In this document: positions 1 to 12,563 of the stretch, in pieces | Layout: the number at the start of each line of letters is the position of its first letter | How positions within the stretch are numbered: the stretch's first letter is position 1 | Assembly (NCBI RefSeq): GCF_006345805.1 | Contig: NC_042998.1 | Span: forward strand, 164,486,001 to 164,550,000 | Reading direction: 5' to 3' | DNA: 64,000 nucleotides | Source of the DNA: Octopus sinensis | Lineage: Eukaryota | Program-made: the position numbers and the translations under genes | The notes under the pieces: generated by a model | Seen by the model: the letters and a program-made list of their open reading frames with translations, nothing else | The model's database searches: none | Told to the model about the DNA's origin: nothing

Positions 1-26
1 CACACACACATATATATATATATACA

Positions 27-141
27 CGATGGGCTTCTTTTAGTTTCCCTCTACCAAATCCACTCACAAGGCTTTGGTCGGTCCAAGGCTACAGTATAAG
101 ACACTTGCCCAAGGTGCTTGCCAAGACACTTGCCCAAGGAC

Positions 142-203
<62 letters not shown>

Positions 204-373
204 TATATTTTGTAAGCCTAGTACTTATTCTATCGGTCTCTTTTGCCGAACCACTAATGTTACGGGGACGTAAACACACCAGCATCGGTTTTCAAGCGAT
301 GTTGGGGGGACTAACACAAACACACAAACATAAACACACACACACACACACACACACACCACACACACACACA

Positions 374-413
<40 letters not shown>

Positions 414-573
414 GACGGGCTTCTTTCAGTTTCCGTCTACCAAATCTACTCACAAGGCTTTGGTCGGCCCAAGGCTATAGTAGAAGACACTTAACCAAGG
501 TGCCACGCTGTGGGAGTGAACCCGGAACAGTGTTGGTAAGCAAGCTACTTACCACACAGCCATTCCTGCGCCT
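27..573 (-). mobile_element. tRNA-derived SINE family A (head + internal TA/TG microsatellite + body/tail), with an extra head fragment at 27-139
   Basis: The reverse complement gives the head AGGCGCAGGAATGGCTGTGTGGTAAG...GGGTTCACTCCCA...CCTTGG, which has A/B-box-like motifs. The same sequence recurs many times in the window. A (TAT)n tract has expanded inside the body at about 143-202. Confidence 0.85.
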
Positions 574-599
574 GACAAGGAGAAAAATATTAATGGTTA

Positions 600-1080
600 T
601 TATGAAAATTCTTGAGTATCAGAATTGGTGGAGCCCAAGGGTCATAAGCACTGCATTCAATCGTGACTAAAAGGTTAAAACAATTCGAGTACATGACTCC
701 AGTGATAAATTTAATTTTTGACTGAAGTAAGCACAGACATAGTTGCGTAGTTGTGTAATTGTATTTTAGCGTAATCTTCAATTGACTTAAAGCTTGTGAA
801 TGAAATTTGATAGGTGGAAACTATGTGGAATCCCGAGGAAGAAGCTCTTCGATAGTAGACTGAATCAGTCTAACACCACTACCCGGCCTCAGGTAATTTT
901 AGCAGAACCCACTCTGTTGCAAACATCCGGACCAGTTCTCTCTTTTTTTCCTTTCCTCATGAACAAGGCTATGAATGCAGTAAATTCTCTATTTGCACTA
1001 ACAAATTTTAAGCGTGAAAATGTTGCACTAAATACCAAACAGTCTTCAATCACCTGTTTTACCGTTTCTATGAAACCTAT
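600..1080 (-). pseudogene. possible decayed pogo/Tigger-type (DDE_1) transposase remnant
   Basis: Minus-strand translation contains RKGKKERTGPDVCNRVGSAKIT, which resembles the pogo K..K.R.T...C.N..GS.K motif. Several stops and frameshifts; the similarity is weak. Confidence 0.3.
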
Positions 1081-1086
1081 TCTGTT

Positions 1087-1345
1087 GAGGCGCGTGGCTT
1101 AGTGGTTAGGGTGTCAGCACCATGATCGTAAGATTGTGGTTTCGATTCCTGGACCAGGCGACGCGTTGTGTTCTTGAGCAAAACACTTCATTTCACGTTG
1201 CTCCAGTCCTCTCAGCTGGCAAAAGTGAGTAACGCTGCGATGAACTAGGGTCCCGTCCAGCTGGGGAACACATACGCCATTGAAACCGGGAACCGGGCCC
1301 ATGAGCCTGGCTAGTCTTTAAAAGGGCGCATTTATTTATTTTATG
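1087..1345 (+). mobile_element. tRNA-derived SINE family C
   Basis: Head GAGGCGCGTGGCTTAGTGGTTAGG (A box), then GGTTTCGATTCC (B box), then GTGTTCTTGAGCAAAACACT, ending in (TTTA)n. Confidence 0.85.
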
Positions 1346-2796
1346 CATTTTATTCTATCAATAACAATTATTATTCTGATGAACCTGAAAAAGTAGTTGA
1401 AACGAAATACAGGTAAACTATGATGATAAGCCATAATTGACACATTTCATAAATGCCGATTATGTTCTTGTAAAAGACATAGACATGACACAGTCATCTG
1501 CTCTCTCTGAAATCTATCACTCCATCTCTTTTATAAGATCATTGCTTTTGATACGCCAATTAAAACGAAATTACAAATCTTGCTGGTGTTTTTGTTGCTG
1601 TGGTGCACGTGGTGTTGACGGTAGGGGCCATGGTAATTTTGTTGTTGTTGTTGTTGTTATTGCGTTTGTTATTGTTGTTTTTGTTATTCTTGTTGTGACG
1701 TTGATAGCGAGGTGAAGGAGATGGTAGTTTTCGCTCAATGTAAAATAGAAGCGAAATTAATAGAGATAAGGATTGATTCTGGTTTTATTCCAATCTCTTT
1801 CTTTCGTTTTATTTATTTATTTATTTTTGGAACAGCCTGTAGTTTCCTAGTCATGATGCAATTAGGATTGGTGGTGGTGGTGGTGGTGGGGGTGGTGGTG
1901 GTAGTTGATGGTTGGACTTTTCTCAATGCAAGAGTACAGAACACCTATCGGTATGTAGTACTTGTCAATATATTGATTTATGCAAAAGGTTACACATCTG
2001 GATGAAGGGTAGATTGACTGTTAGATTGACCCAGGAAGGAAATTTCGATGGTTCACAATCCGTATTCAACACTGCATTATATCTGTGGGCGAGACACATC
2101 TGTCATAATGGCCCAGTTTTATCTAGTTGTAAATATCTACCGTAAGGAATATGATTCATGTTGAAAATGATGCTTCACAGGAACCAGGGACACATCATCC
2201 TCCGAGGCAATGGACACCCTGAAAAACCTAAGTCGCATATTACTCTGCAGTACCACGTTTGATTTCTAACGCAGGAAGAGTTACCTGAGGTTGATCAGTG
2301 TAATGACCAAGAAAATAGTGTCATCCGCTTGATGCTATGAAAGACTGGAATTAAGCCCTGCGTTAAAATACGATTTTTTAAATATTTCTTTTGTGAAGAT
2401 TGGCCATTGTTAAAATTTTCTTCTGGTCATCCTTAAATCATAGGACACATGGTAGAAATGTGATGTTTTATAACTGTTATTTTTATTTTAAATGATAAAT
2501 TTGCATATTTTCATAACATTGTTGCGTTATGTTTATTACTTTATATTATATTGATTTAGACAACACATTAAATTTATTGAAAAACTGGAATTTAAATAAG
2601 ATCTAGTATTAATTACATTAATGACTATTAAGCATAATACAAAAAGTGGTTAACATGAACGTATCCCCCTTTCAAAGCGTAGCATTCAAACACACGTCAG
2701 GGACAGAAGAATAATGCTATATATAAATTTTACTGATCATCGTATTTTTCTTTGCAGCTATCGGGTCATCTTCAACACCATTCTCTAATCCTCTAA

Positions 2797-3391
2797 GGCG
2801 GCGAGCTGGCAGAATCGTTAGCACGCCGGGCAAGATGCTTAGTGGTATTTCGTCTGCCGCTACGTTCTGAGTTCATATTCCGCCGAGATCGACTTTGCCT
2901 TTCATCCTTTCGGGGTCAATTAAATAAGTACCAGTTACACACTGGAGTCGACATAATCAACTTAATCCGTTTGTCTGTCCTTGTTTGCCCACTCTGTGTT
3001 TAGCCCCTTGTGGATAGTAAAGAAATAGGTATTTCGCCTACCGTTACGTTTTGATTCAAATTCCGCCGAGGTCGACTTTGCCTTTCATTCTTTCGGAGTC
3101 TATAAATTTAAGTACCAGTTACGCACTGGGGTCGATACAATCGACTTAATCCCTTTGTCTGTCCTTGTTTGTCCCTCTATGTTTAGCCCCTTGTGGGCTA
3201 TAAAGAAATAAGAAGCGTTAGCATGCCGGGCGTCTGTCTTTACGTTCTGCGTTCGAATTCCGCCGCGGTCGACTTTGCCTTTCATATTTTCGGGGTCGAT
3301 AAATTGAGTCCCAGTTGCGTACCGCGGTCGATCTAATCGACTGACTCCCTCCCCCAAAATTTCGGGCCTTGTGCCTAGTGTAGCAAAGAAT
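2797..3391 (+). mobile_element. SINE family B trimer with a 17-bp TSD
   Basis: Head GGCGGCGAGCTGGCAGAA and three GTTC(A)AATTCCGCCG...GACTTTGCCTTTCAT units. Flanked by ATTCTCTAATCCTCTAA (2780-2796) and ATTCTTTACTCCTCTAA (3392-3408). Confidence 0.9.
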
Positions 3392-3500
3392 ATTCTTTAC
3401 TCCTCTAACATAATATTATTTTGTTGTTTATTTAGCGCAGGAGTTGTGGCTATTACTTTTGCAAACCTTCTCAGAAAAGTAAGGCTGGTGTGATTAATAT

Positions 3501-3719
3501 CGATTTCAAAATTTGGCACAAGGCCGGCAAGTTCGCGAGCAGCTGCTAACTCGATTACAACGACCCCAGTGCTCAACTGATAGTTATTTTATCAATCCCG
3601 AAAGGATGGAAGGCAAAGTCAATCTTGACGGGAATTTGAATTCAGAACGTAAAGACAGATGAAATGCCACTAAACATTTTACCCAGTGTGCTAATGATTC
3701 TGCCAGTACGCCGCCTTCA
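3501..3719 (-). mobile_element. SINE family B monomer with a 12-bp TSD
   Basis: Reverse complement of the family B consensus. TGTGATTAATAT at 3489-3500 and 3720-3731. Confidence 0.85.
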
Positions 3720-4699
3720 TGTGATTAATATTCAACTTCAAATACTCTATTTTGATGAATATAGAGTAAAAACTAGCATGGGAATGTTTAGAGAGAGGCA
3801 GTTCTGTAAGAGAAAAGATTGAGAGAAATCTATACTGTACAGTTTGGTGGATAGAGCAGACAGTATGGATATGATGGGAAGAGATGAAGCTTTCCGAGAT
3901 AGTCTCAAGGTTGTGAAACCATTGCTTTGGAATGCTGGATAAAAGAGATTAAGTCGCTTCGGTTTTGTACAAATCGTTGTGGGGATCACCAAAGAAGAAA
4001 AGAAACTGGAGATGATAAAAGAGATAAAGGATATCATTTACAGCTAGTGGATGGTAGAATCAGAGGGAGTTGGTCTTTGTGTGAAATAAACTATCACATT
4101 TTTCAACAACTATAGAAGTAACAACATAAACTGCAGCAACAAGTGTCATAACCTTTCTTGGAACAGCTTTCATACCTATAATCCATATTTTATCAATACA
4201 GTCTCTGTTGACTAGTAATCTTCTTAATTATAGATGATCACGACAAACCGATGCCATATTGACTTAATGACAATATATACTAGTGCTGAACATTCTCTTA
4301 CTTTGAGCCACCTAAACAGATCAAACCTCCTCCAGTTCTATGATAAGTGGTCCATTAAGATAGATTTAATTCGATGTCTTATTTCTCACCATCTTCATGA
4401 CCTAGGATGCTTTTCTCTTTGCTATAAGTTAAAGCATTCAAGCACAGTCTCGAGTTTGAACGTAGGCACAAGGCCATGAATTGAGAGGCCATGATGGATA
4501 CTATGTTATATTGACTTTGAAAAGACGAAAAGCGAGGCTGACCTCGGCTGGATTTGGATTCAGAACGTAAAGAGCTGTCAATTAAGTACTGCAAAGTACA
4601 GTCTGATTCTCAAATAATTTTGCCAATTCCCTGACAACACATAATATGTTACCCAATATTAGTATGTTAACAAATGAAAACTTCGCACATATGCATGCC

Positions 4700-4787
<88 letters not shown>

Positions 4788-4941
4788 ATATTATATATGT
4801 ATATATATGTATATGTATGTATTATATATATATATGTATGATTTATATACATAGTATATATATGTATATATGTTATATATATATATATGTTATATATATA
4901 TAGATGTTATATATGTATAATATGTATATGTTTTATATGTC

Positions 4942-4981
<40 letters not shown>

Positions 4982-4982
4982 T
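4700..4982. repeat. (TA)n/(TATG)n microsatellite
   Basis: Read directly. Confidence 0.95.
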
Positions 4983-6812
4983 TTAATCAATATAGGGAGG
5001 CAAAAAATTTTGTAGAATTCTTTTGCCTCCAGCGGCCTAGTGGGAAAAAATTAAATAGTCATAAACCATTTTTAAGTTCAATATCACAATCAAGGAACGG
5101 CCAAATAGGCCATTCACCCACTAGAAATAACAGCCAAAAAGCTTCAACCGCAAAATAACATTAATTCTGTAAACCAGGAGAAAATTAAAAAAAACATTTA
5201 CCCTGAATTCCTTATACGATGCACCGTTTCGTTACTGTTTAATGGTAAACTAACCTGATTAAATTAAATCAAGCCAATCTACCATAGGCCCTTAGATTCA
5301 TCAGTAAGGAATAGCCAAATGGAACAGATATTTTCACGCGGCATTCACGTCCATGCCTCGCCAATATCTGACCTAAATTTTCAAATCGTCGCACTCGCGC
5401 CAAATTTACCGGCAGCAAATAAATATAAGCCGTCGATTCCATTACGGAACTAACCAGAAAATTCATAATTAATCAATATAGGGAGGCAAAAAAAATTTTG
5501 TAGAATTCTTTTGCCTCCAGCGGCCTAGTGGGAAAAAAATTAAATAGTCATAAACCATTTTTAAGTTCAATATCACAATCAAGGAACGGCCATAATAGGC
5601 CATTCACCCACTAGAAATAACAGCCAAAAAGCTTCAACCGCAACATAACATTAATTCTGTAAACAGGAGAAAATTAAAAAAAATTTACCCTGAAATTCTT
5701 ATACGATGCACAGGTTCGTCTACTGTTTAATGGTAAACTAACCTGATTAAATTAAATCAAGCCAATCTACCATAGGCCCTTAGATTCATCAGTAAGGAAT
5801 AGCCAATCGGAACAGATATTTTTCACGAGGCATTCACGTCCATGCCTCGCCAATATCTGACCTAAAATTTTCAAATCGTCGCACTCGCGCCAAATTTATC
5901 GGCAGCAATAAATATAAGCCGTCGATTCCATTACGGAACTAACCAGAAAATTCATAATTAATCAATATAGGGAGGCAAAAAAAAATTTTGTAGAATTCTT
6001 TTGCCTCCAGCGGCCTAGTGGGAAAAAATTAAATAGTCATAAACCATTTTTAAGTTCAATATCACAATCAAGAACGGCCATAATAGGCCATTCACCCACT
6101 AGAAATAACAGCAAAAAGCTTCAACCGCAAAATAACATAATTCTGTAAACCAGGAGAAAATTAAAAAAACATTTACCCTGAAATCCTTATACGATGCACC
6201 GTTTCGTCTACGTTAATGGTAAACTAACCTGATTAAATTAAATCAAGCCAATCTACCATAGGCCCTTAGATTCATCAGTAAGGAATAGCCAAATCGGAAC
6301 AGATATTTTTCACGAGGCATTCACGTCCATGCCTCGCAATATTGACCTAAAATTTTCAAATCGTCGCACTCGCTGGAGGCAAAAGAATTCTACAAAATTT
6401 TTTTTGCCTCCCTATATTGATTAATTATGAATTTTCTGGTTAGTTCCGTAATGGAATCGACGGCTTATATTTATTTGCTGCCGATAAATTTGGCGCGAGT
6501 GCGACGATTTGAAAATTTTAGGTCAGATATTGGCGAGGCATGGACGTGAATGCCTCGTGAAAAATATCGTTCCGATTTGGCTATTCCTTACTGATGAATC
6601 TAAGGGCCTATGGTAGATTGGCTTGGTTAATTTAATCAGGTTAGTTTACCATTAAACAGTAGACGAAACGGTGCATAGTATAAGGATTTCAGGGTAAATG
6701 TTTTTTTAATTTTCTCTGGTTTACAGACTTAATGTTATTTTGCGGTTGGTTGAAGCTTTTTGGCTGTTATTTCTAGTGGGTGAATGGCCTATTATGCCGT
6801 TCCTTGATTGTG

Positions 6813-6816
<4 letters not shown>
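4983..6816. repeat. about 489-bp tandem array (about 2.8 direct units) followed by an inverted unit; unit has Helitron-like TC...hairpin-CTAG ends
   Basis: CTAG ends at 5040, 5528 and 6018 (periods 488 and 490). TCACAATC starts at 5084, 5573 and 6062. 6371-6813 is the reverse complement of the unit. Confidence 0.95.
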
Positions 6817-6843
<27 letters not shown>

Positions 6844-6956
6844 TATGTATAGATGTATATATGTATACATGTATATAATGCATATATATATATGTATATA
6901 TGTATATATATATATATAATTATATGTATAGATGTATATACGTATACATGTATATA

Positions 6957-6999
<43 letters not shown>

Positions 7000-7705
7000 A
7001 TATATGTATATATTTATATACACCAATACACACACACACGCATACACTCATATAAACACCTACACATATACATACATGCACCCACGCTCATACACACATA
7101 CATACATGCATTCCAATTCATCGACAAACTGACATTAATGGGCATAATTGATATTAATGAAGAACAGAGCCAAAATATTGTTAAAATACCATCTCAGTGA
7201 TGTGATGTAGGAAACAGATATTCTCTGGAGGTTAGACCGGTTGATGGATAGATGTTTGGATATACGGATAGATAGACAAATGGATGGTAAATAGTTTTAG
7301 CAACATAATCGTATAAAGAACTCTGTGATTGTCTGGAACTTATGTTAGGATTAGTAATGCAATAAGCGTAAGAACCCTTGAGTTTTAAAAAAATGTATTC
7401 TCTTTTCCAGTTAATGGAATAAAGTAGATTTCATCCGGTAGTAATGTAGTTTCCAAGGATCCACCTTTTTGTTTTGCTGCTCTCTGTAGTCCCTCTTCAG
7501 GAAGGAATTAAAAGAAATAAAGGAATTATTAAAGACATTCAGAAAGTGATTTACTGGTACAACAAACAGAACCGATGGTTTTTAGCATCTGGACCACCTA
7601 ATTGTCTCAAATTTGATTCCTTCCTTTGCAAAACGCTTTCTTGATGTGGGATGGCAATGTATAGTAACATTTTAGTAACTATATTGGTTATTATTATTAT
7701 TATTA

Positions 7706-7740
<35 letters not shown>

Positions 7741-7759
7741 GTTATTATTATTATTATTA

Positions 7760-7920
7760 AGGCAGCAAGCCAGTAGAATCGTTTGCGTGCCAGGAAAAAT
7801 GCTTAGTATTATTTCGTCTGTCTTTACGTTCTGAGTTCAAATTCCGCCGGGGTCGACTTTGCTTTCATACTTTCAGGGCCGATAAATTAAGTACCAGTGA
7901 GACAATGGAGTCGATGAAAA
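7760..7920 (+). mobile_element. SINE family B copy following (TTA)n
   Basis: AAGGCAGCAAGCCAGTAGAATCG...GTTCAAATTCCGCCGGGGTCGACTTTGC. Confidence 0.8.
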
Positions 7921-7946
7921 TATCAGGTTCTGTACCTTTAGAAAGG

Positions 7947-8006
<60 letters not shown>

Positions 8007-8239
8007 GTTATTATTATTATTATTATGTTCGACTTTTGCTTTATATTTATACAAGTTGGCTTCAAGTCTCACCCAGAGACCTCAAGTGACAATAGGTTGA
8101 AAGTTCGTGATGTTGTTATGCTTAGTGTGCCATATATTTGGTTTTGTATTTTGTGTTGTACTAGTGAATGTCAAAAAAAATAAAACCAAAATTATGTTTG
8201 TTTTAAAACTTGAGATTACATAGAAAGTATTTTGCGTTG

Positions 8240-8311
<72 letters not shown>

Positions 8312-9457
8312 ATTATTATTATTATTTCAAATGCCGCCGAAGTCAACTTTGCTTTTCATCCTTCCGGGGTCGATCCAATAAGGTTCGTTCGAGCACTGGG
8401 ACGATTACATCGACTTATCCCCTCTACCGAACTAGCTGGCCTTGTGCCAAAATTTGAAATCATTATTGTTGTTGTTATTGTTGTTGTTAGGCGAGCTGGT
8501 AGAATTGTTAGCACGTTGGACAAAGAAGAAAGAGAGCTCAGCTCAGAAACACAAATGCCCGTGGATTGCAATATATCGGTTTTAGATTCTTGCATGTCTT
8601 AGGAATACATAGAACCGAAGCTATGTAAATTCTTTCGTTCCTGTAATCATGGCGTTTCAGAATTCCCTGCAGCCATCTTTTGTCAACATTGTAAACATGG
8701 AAACGTTTCGAGACAAAATGAAAGAGTTTTAACTCAATTAGGTCAGATATCTCTTACATCTGTTTTCTTCATTTTGTTTGTGCAAGATTCTTTGTATCTT
8801 TATATATTTTTTGTAAATTTTTCTTCGTCTTTTTCCTGTTTGTTTTTGTTGGTTAGTTCCAATATTTCTTTACTAGTTAAATTTCTTCTTTATTATCAGG
8901 ATGTTATATACCACGCTTTCTGGTTATTGGCTAAAATTGTTTGGTCACCTGACTACGAGAATATTCGTTATGGCAAATGTTTCTGAGCTAAACATAACAT
9001 ACAAAGATGACAAATGAAAATGAGAAACGAAAAAGAGGAAGAGGAAAAGAAAAAAAGAAAGCAATAAAGGAAGAAGACAAAGGAGAAAGAAAATATGGCT
9101 GACAGAAGAAAAGAAAAAATGAAAGAAAATACTAAAATTTGAAGGAAAGATTGAGATAAGAATGAAGAAAAATGAGAGAAGAAAGAAGTAAAAGGAAAAT
9201 GGAAAAGAAAGAAAGAAAGAAAGAAAGAAAGAAATTAGATATAGAGAGATAAAAAACAGAAGTTAAACATAAATGAAGTTCGGAACGTCAAAAGTTCGAA
9301 GCTGTATTTGTTTGGCAAGTTACTTCATCTGAAATGGTGCGGTGAAATCGAAAGAAATTATGATAATAATTTAAAACACACATGCACCCATCTTATAGCT
9401 TTATTTTAATTTTGTGGCAGTTTTCTATATTATAAATTCACAATCCTATTTGTGTGT

Positions 9458-9494
<37 letters not shown>

Positions 9495-9498
9495 CGCG

Positions 9499-9640
9499 TA
9501 TCGATTACATCACCTTTAAACGGAATCTGGATAAATTTCTTCAAGGGGTATTTGATAAGCCACCTATACCGAGATATAACTCATTCAACAAGAATTCCCT
9601 ACACAAATGGGCCACGATATCACAAAACTTGATCTAAAAA
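9499..9640 (+). mobile_element. 3' remnant of an APE-type LINE ORF2 (CR1/L2/Jockey-like C-terminus)
   Basis: Translates as ITFKRNLDKFLQGVFDKPPIPRYNSFNKNSLHKW, matching the typical FK..LD.FL..(IP)D.P..P.Y....NSL..W ORF2 terminus. Confidence 0.6.
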
Positions 9641-10364
9641 GAATTTAGCAAATCCTATCAGGTAGTGCTATTAAGTTAGACATGACCTGGGCCAGTCTTT
9701 GGTGTATATAGGTTACATATAAAATTGAAGAAACTAGAGTCAAGAAGAAGGATTACAGTTGGACATTCATTTATCATTCGCTACAATTGTTTCGACGCAA
9801 CGTAGTTCTCCAAAAATACAGGTATTTGATCACGCAACTGTTTGTTTGCATAATGAGTTCTAGCTGTGCTTCCTCAGAAGATATACGAATGTTGTCACCG
9901 TTAGTTTAAAATCGTCGACCTCAAGGCCATCTCCTCTGTTCGTCGTGGTGAATCTACTAGCGGCTGATAAACCCATGTTGTGTGCTGTGAGAGCACGTTT
10001 GTCGTACTGCTATGAATGGTAATAGATGGTATTGGCTGGCATTTAAATGGAATTGGTCTTGTATTTGGTTGTATCACTGATCTGTTCTTCATGGTTGGCT
10101 ACACATATAAATTTCTTAAGCTGACTTTTCGTATTCAGTGGTCGGATACATACTCACATACACCCACAGAGACTCATACATACACTGTCACACATAAACC
10201 TACGTATATATACCTCTATACATGCATACATGCACTAACATATACATACACAAAATTCTCGTACATACACGTATATACATACCTATATTTAGGCAATTAT
10301 ATATACATACATATATACATAACTTTTTTTGGCGGCTAGCAAGTTCAGCCCTTTACAATATAAA

Positions 10365-10704
10365 GTAATTTAAGAAAAGTAGGGCATAAATACCATTTGC
10401 TAAAATCAAAGCCATAGCTTCAAAAACCACCATAAAAAATACGATAAAGATACACCACGATCAATGCAATGAATATTTCAGAAATAGGCTTACCTCTGAT
10501 TGGAATACAAAGATAAGTAATACATATTTCAATACCAGTTGATTTAACGCTTTGAAATTTTATAAATTCATGTTCTAAGAAATTACCTATTATTTCAATT
10601 TCTCATCTTTATTGAATTTTTAAAATCCAATTTTTATGGTGGCTTTTGGAGCTATGGCTTTGATTTCAGCAAGTGGTATTTATACCCTACTTTTCTTAAA
10701 TTAC
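10365..10704. mobile_element. MITE-like element with terminal inverted repeats of about 75 bp
   Basis: GTAATTTAAGAAAAGTAGGGCATAAATACC... at the left end is the reverse complement of ...GGTATTTATACCCTACTTTTCTTAAATTAC at the right end. Confidence 0.75.
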
Positions 10705-10990
10705 ATATATACATATATATGCTTCTGCGTACATATATACATACATCGATCAGCATATACACTTATGCACTTGTATATATATATATATATATAAACCCTC
10801 TCAGATTTGTGAGTATATATACATACCAACATACATACACATACATATAGCGAAGCGCGTGTGTATATACATGCTCTTACTCACACACACACACACATAT
10901 ATATATACATGCACATACACAGCTCTCTACTTATCTCCAATCTTGCGTGCTGACTCACGATCACTCCCTTAGATGTAAATATATATATAT

Positions 10991-11425
10991 TCTTTTATTC
11001 TTTTACTTGTTTCAGTCATTTGACTGCGGTCATGCTGGAGCAGCACCTTTAGTCGAACAAATCGACCCCAGGACTTATTCTTTGTAAGCCTAGTACTTAT
11101 TCTATCGGTCTCTTCTGACTAACCACTACGTTACAGGGACGAAGGCACACCAACATCGGTTGTGAAGCGATGGTGGTGGAACAGACACACACACACACAC
11201 ACACACAACACACACATAAACACACACATAAACACACACACCACACACACACATATATAAATATATATATACGACGGATTTCTTTCAGTTTCCGTCTACC
11301 AAATCCACTCACAAGGTTTTGGTCAGCCTGAGGCTATAGTAGAAGACACACGCCCAAGGTGCCACGCAGTGGGACTGATCCCCGAACCATGTGGTTGGGA
11401 ATCAAGCTTCTTACTACACAGCCAC
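10991..11425 (-). mobile_element. SINE family A, full length
   Basis: Tail TCTTTTACTTGTTTCAGTCATTTGACTGCGG, (CA)n(TA)n core, head ending CACACAGCCAC. Confidence 0.9.
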
Positions 11426-11842
11426 ACATATAGTTACGCACATTAATACGTAAATACACGTATCTATATTATAATGGAGAAAGCTGCTTATTAATTAAGT
11501 ATGTAACAATTACCAAAAGTACTAGAAGAAAGCAATTATTAAAGGGTTGATCGTCTGGTAATGTTTTTAAAAAGTCATATTCTAAGAGATTTCCTATAAT
11601 TTTTATTTTTCAACTTTATTGAATTTTTTAACTCCAGTTTCTCGCAAACTTACATATTCATTGCATTCACTGAGTCCAATTCTTCACCAATTTAAATAGT
11701 CATTACATTCACTGCGGAGTATTCCATTTTCATTTGCAAAGTCTCTCACTTTCTCTTTCAATGTTTTAATTTCAAGTTTTAATTAGCTATTTGGAAAACC
11801 GACTGCTTATTCTATTAATGTATACGTAATGTAAAAACAGTA

Positions 11843-12317
11843 TCTATTGAATGACAATTTAAAAAAATACCCGTATAATTTTTGTAAAAGAAAAGGTGAT
11901 TTTGTTGTTATGGCTGTTTGGAACGCTGTAAGCCTTACAATAATAACTATCCGGACCGATTTCGGCCATTTTCTTTTTTAACTTAAACACCATGGGAGGA
12001 GCCTTTTCGGTAAAAAAGAAAAAAAAGAACCAAATTGTAAATAGTTTCAGAGGATAAGGTGAACAATTCAAGGAAGGTTTCGCTGTTATTTCTAGCACAA
12101 CGCAAACCCCCCACCATTTTCACTCTCACATGTATTGATGTTTTTTCAATGGACCATGCGTATGTTACTTCGGCATGATCATTCCTTATAACGTGTTTAA
12201 TGGGAGAAGAATATTCTTTCCCATAAATCCCTATATATTATTAGAATTGGGAATCAACTATGAAAATATTACCAAGTACCCAACAGAAAGACCGCCCGGA
12301 GGGCGGTTTTCTGCTAG
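11843..12317 (+). mobile_element. non-autonomous Helitron (3' end clear, 5' end tentative)
   Basis: GC-rich hairpin AGAAAGACCGCCC-GGA-GGGCGGTTTTCT immediately before CTAG|T (12314-12318). Possible A|TC start at 11843. Confidence 0.65.
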
Positions 12318-12563
12318 TATATATAATGAAGTGTGAAACGCAGTATGCAAATTAGTACTGTCAGTTCTCAGTAACTACTGAATTTGTTGAGTCTATAAAC
12401 AGGCTGCTCGTTTCTTAGGGATTAATCAAGTTGATGTAGACGTCTCTGATGAGAAACCAATAAGGTTCGAAAATCGATTACAGTTATTCATCATTTTTTT
12501 CAATCTACGAAGAAATAGGTAAATTTGCCCTGTATATCTACAACATAAAAAAGATACACTTCT

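Noticed and set aside
1087-1165. tRNA-like sequences at SINE heads (also 30000, 12790, 23070)
   Set aside because: They continue into SINE bodies and lack a proper acceptor stem and 3' end, so they are not functional tRNA genes.
1370-1420. CTGATGA...GAAAC hammerhead-like words
   Set aside because: Stems I and II do not pair and there is no NUH site in register.
2797-3391. Repeat-spacer (CRISPR-like) appearance of SINE multimers and of the 489-bp array
   Set aside because: The units are long and fully homologous, with no unique spacers and no cas genes; the context is eukaryotic.
3760-4120. SLVDRAD...LKVVKPLLWNAG, resembling a Penelope RT C-terminal motif
   Set aside because: Multiple stops and only a few matching residues; insufficient support.
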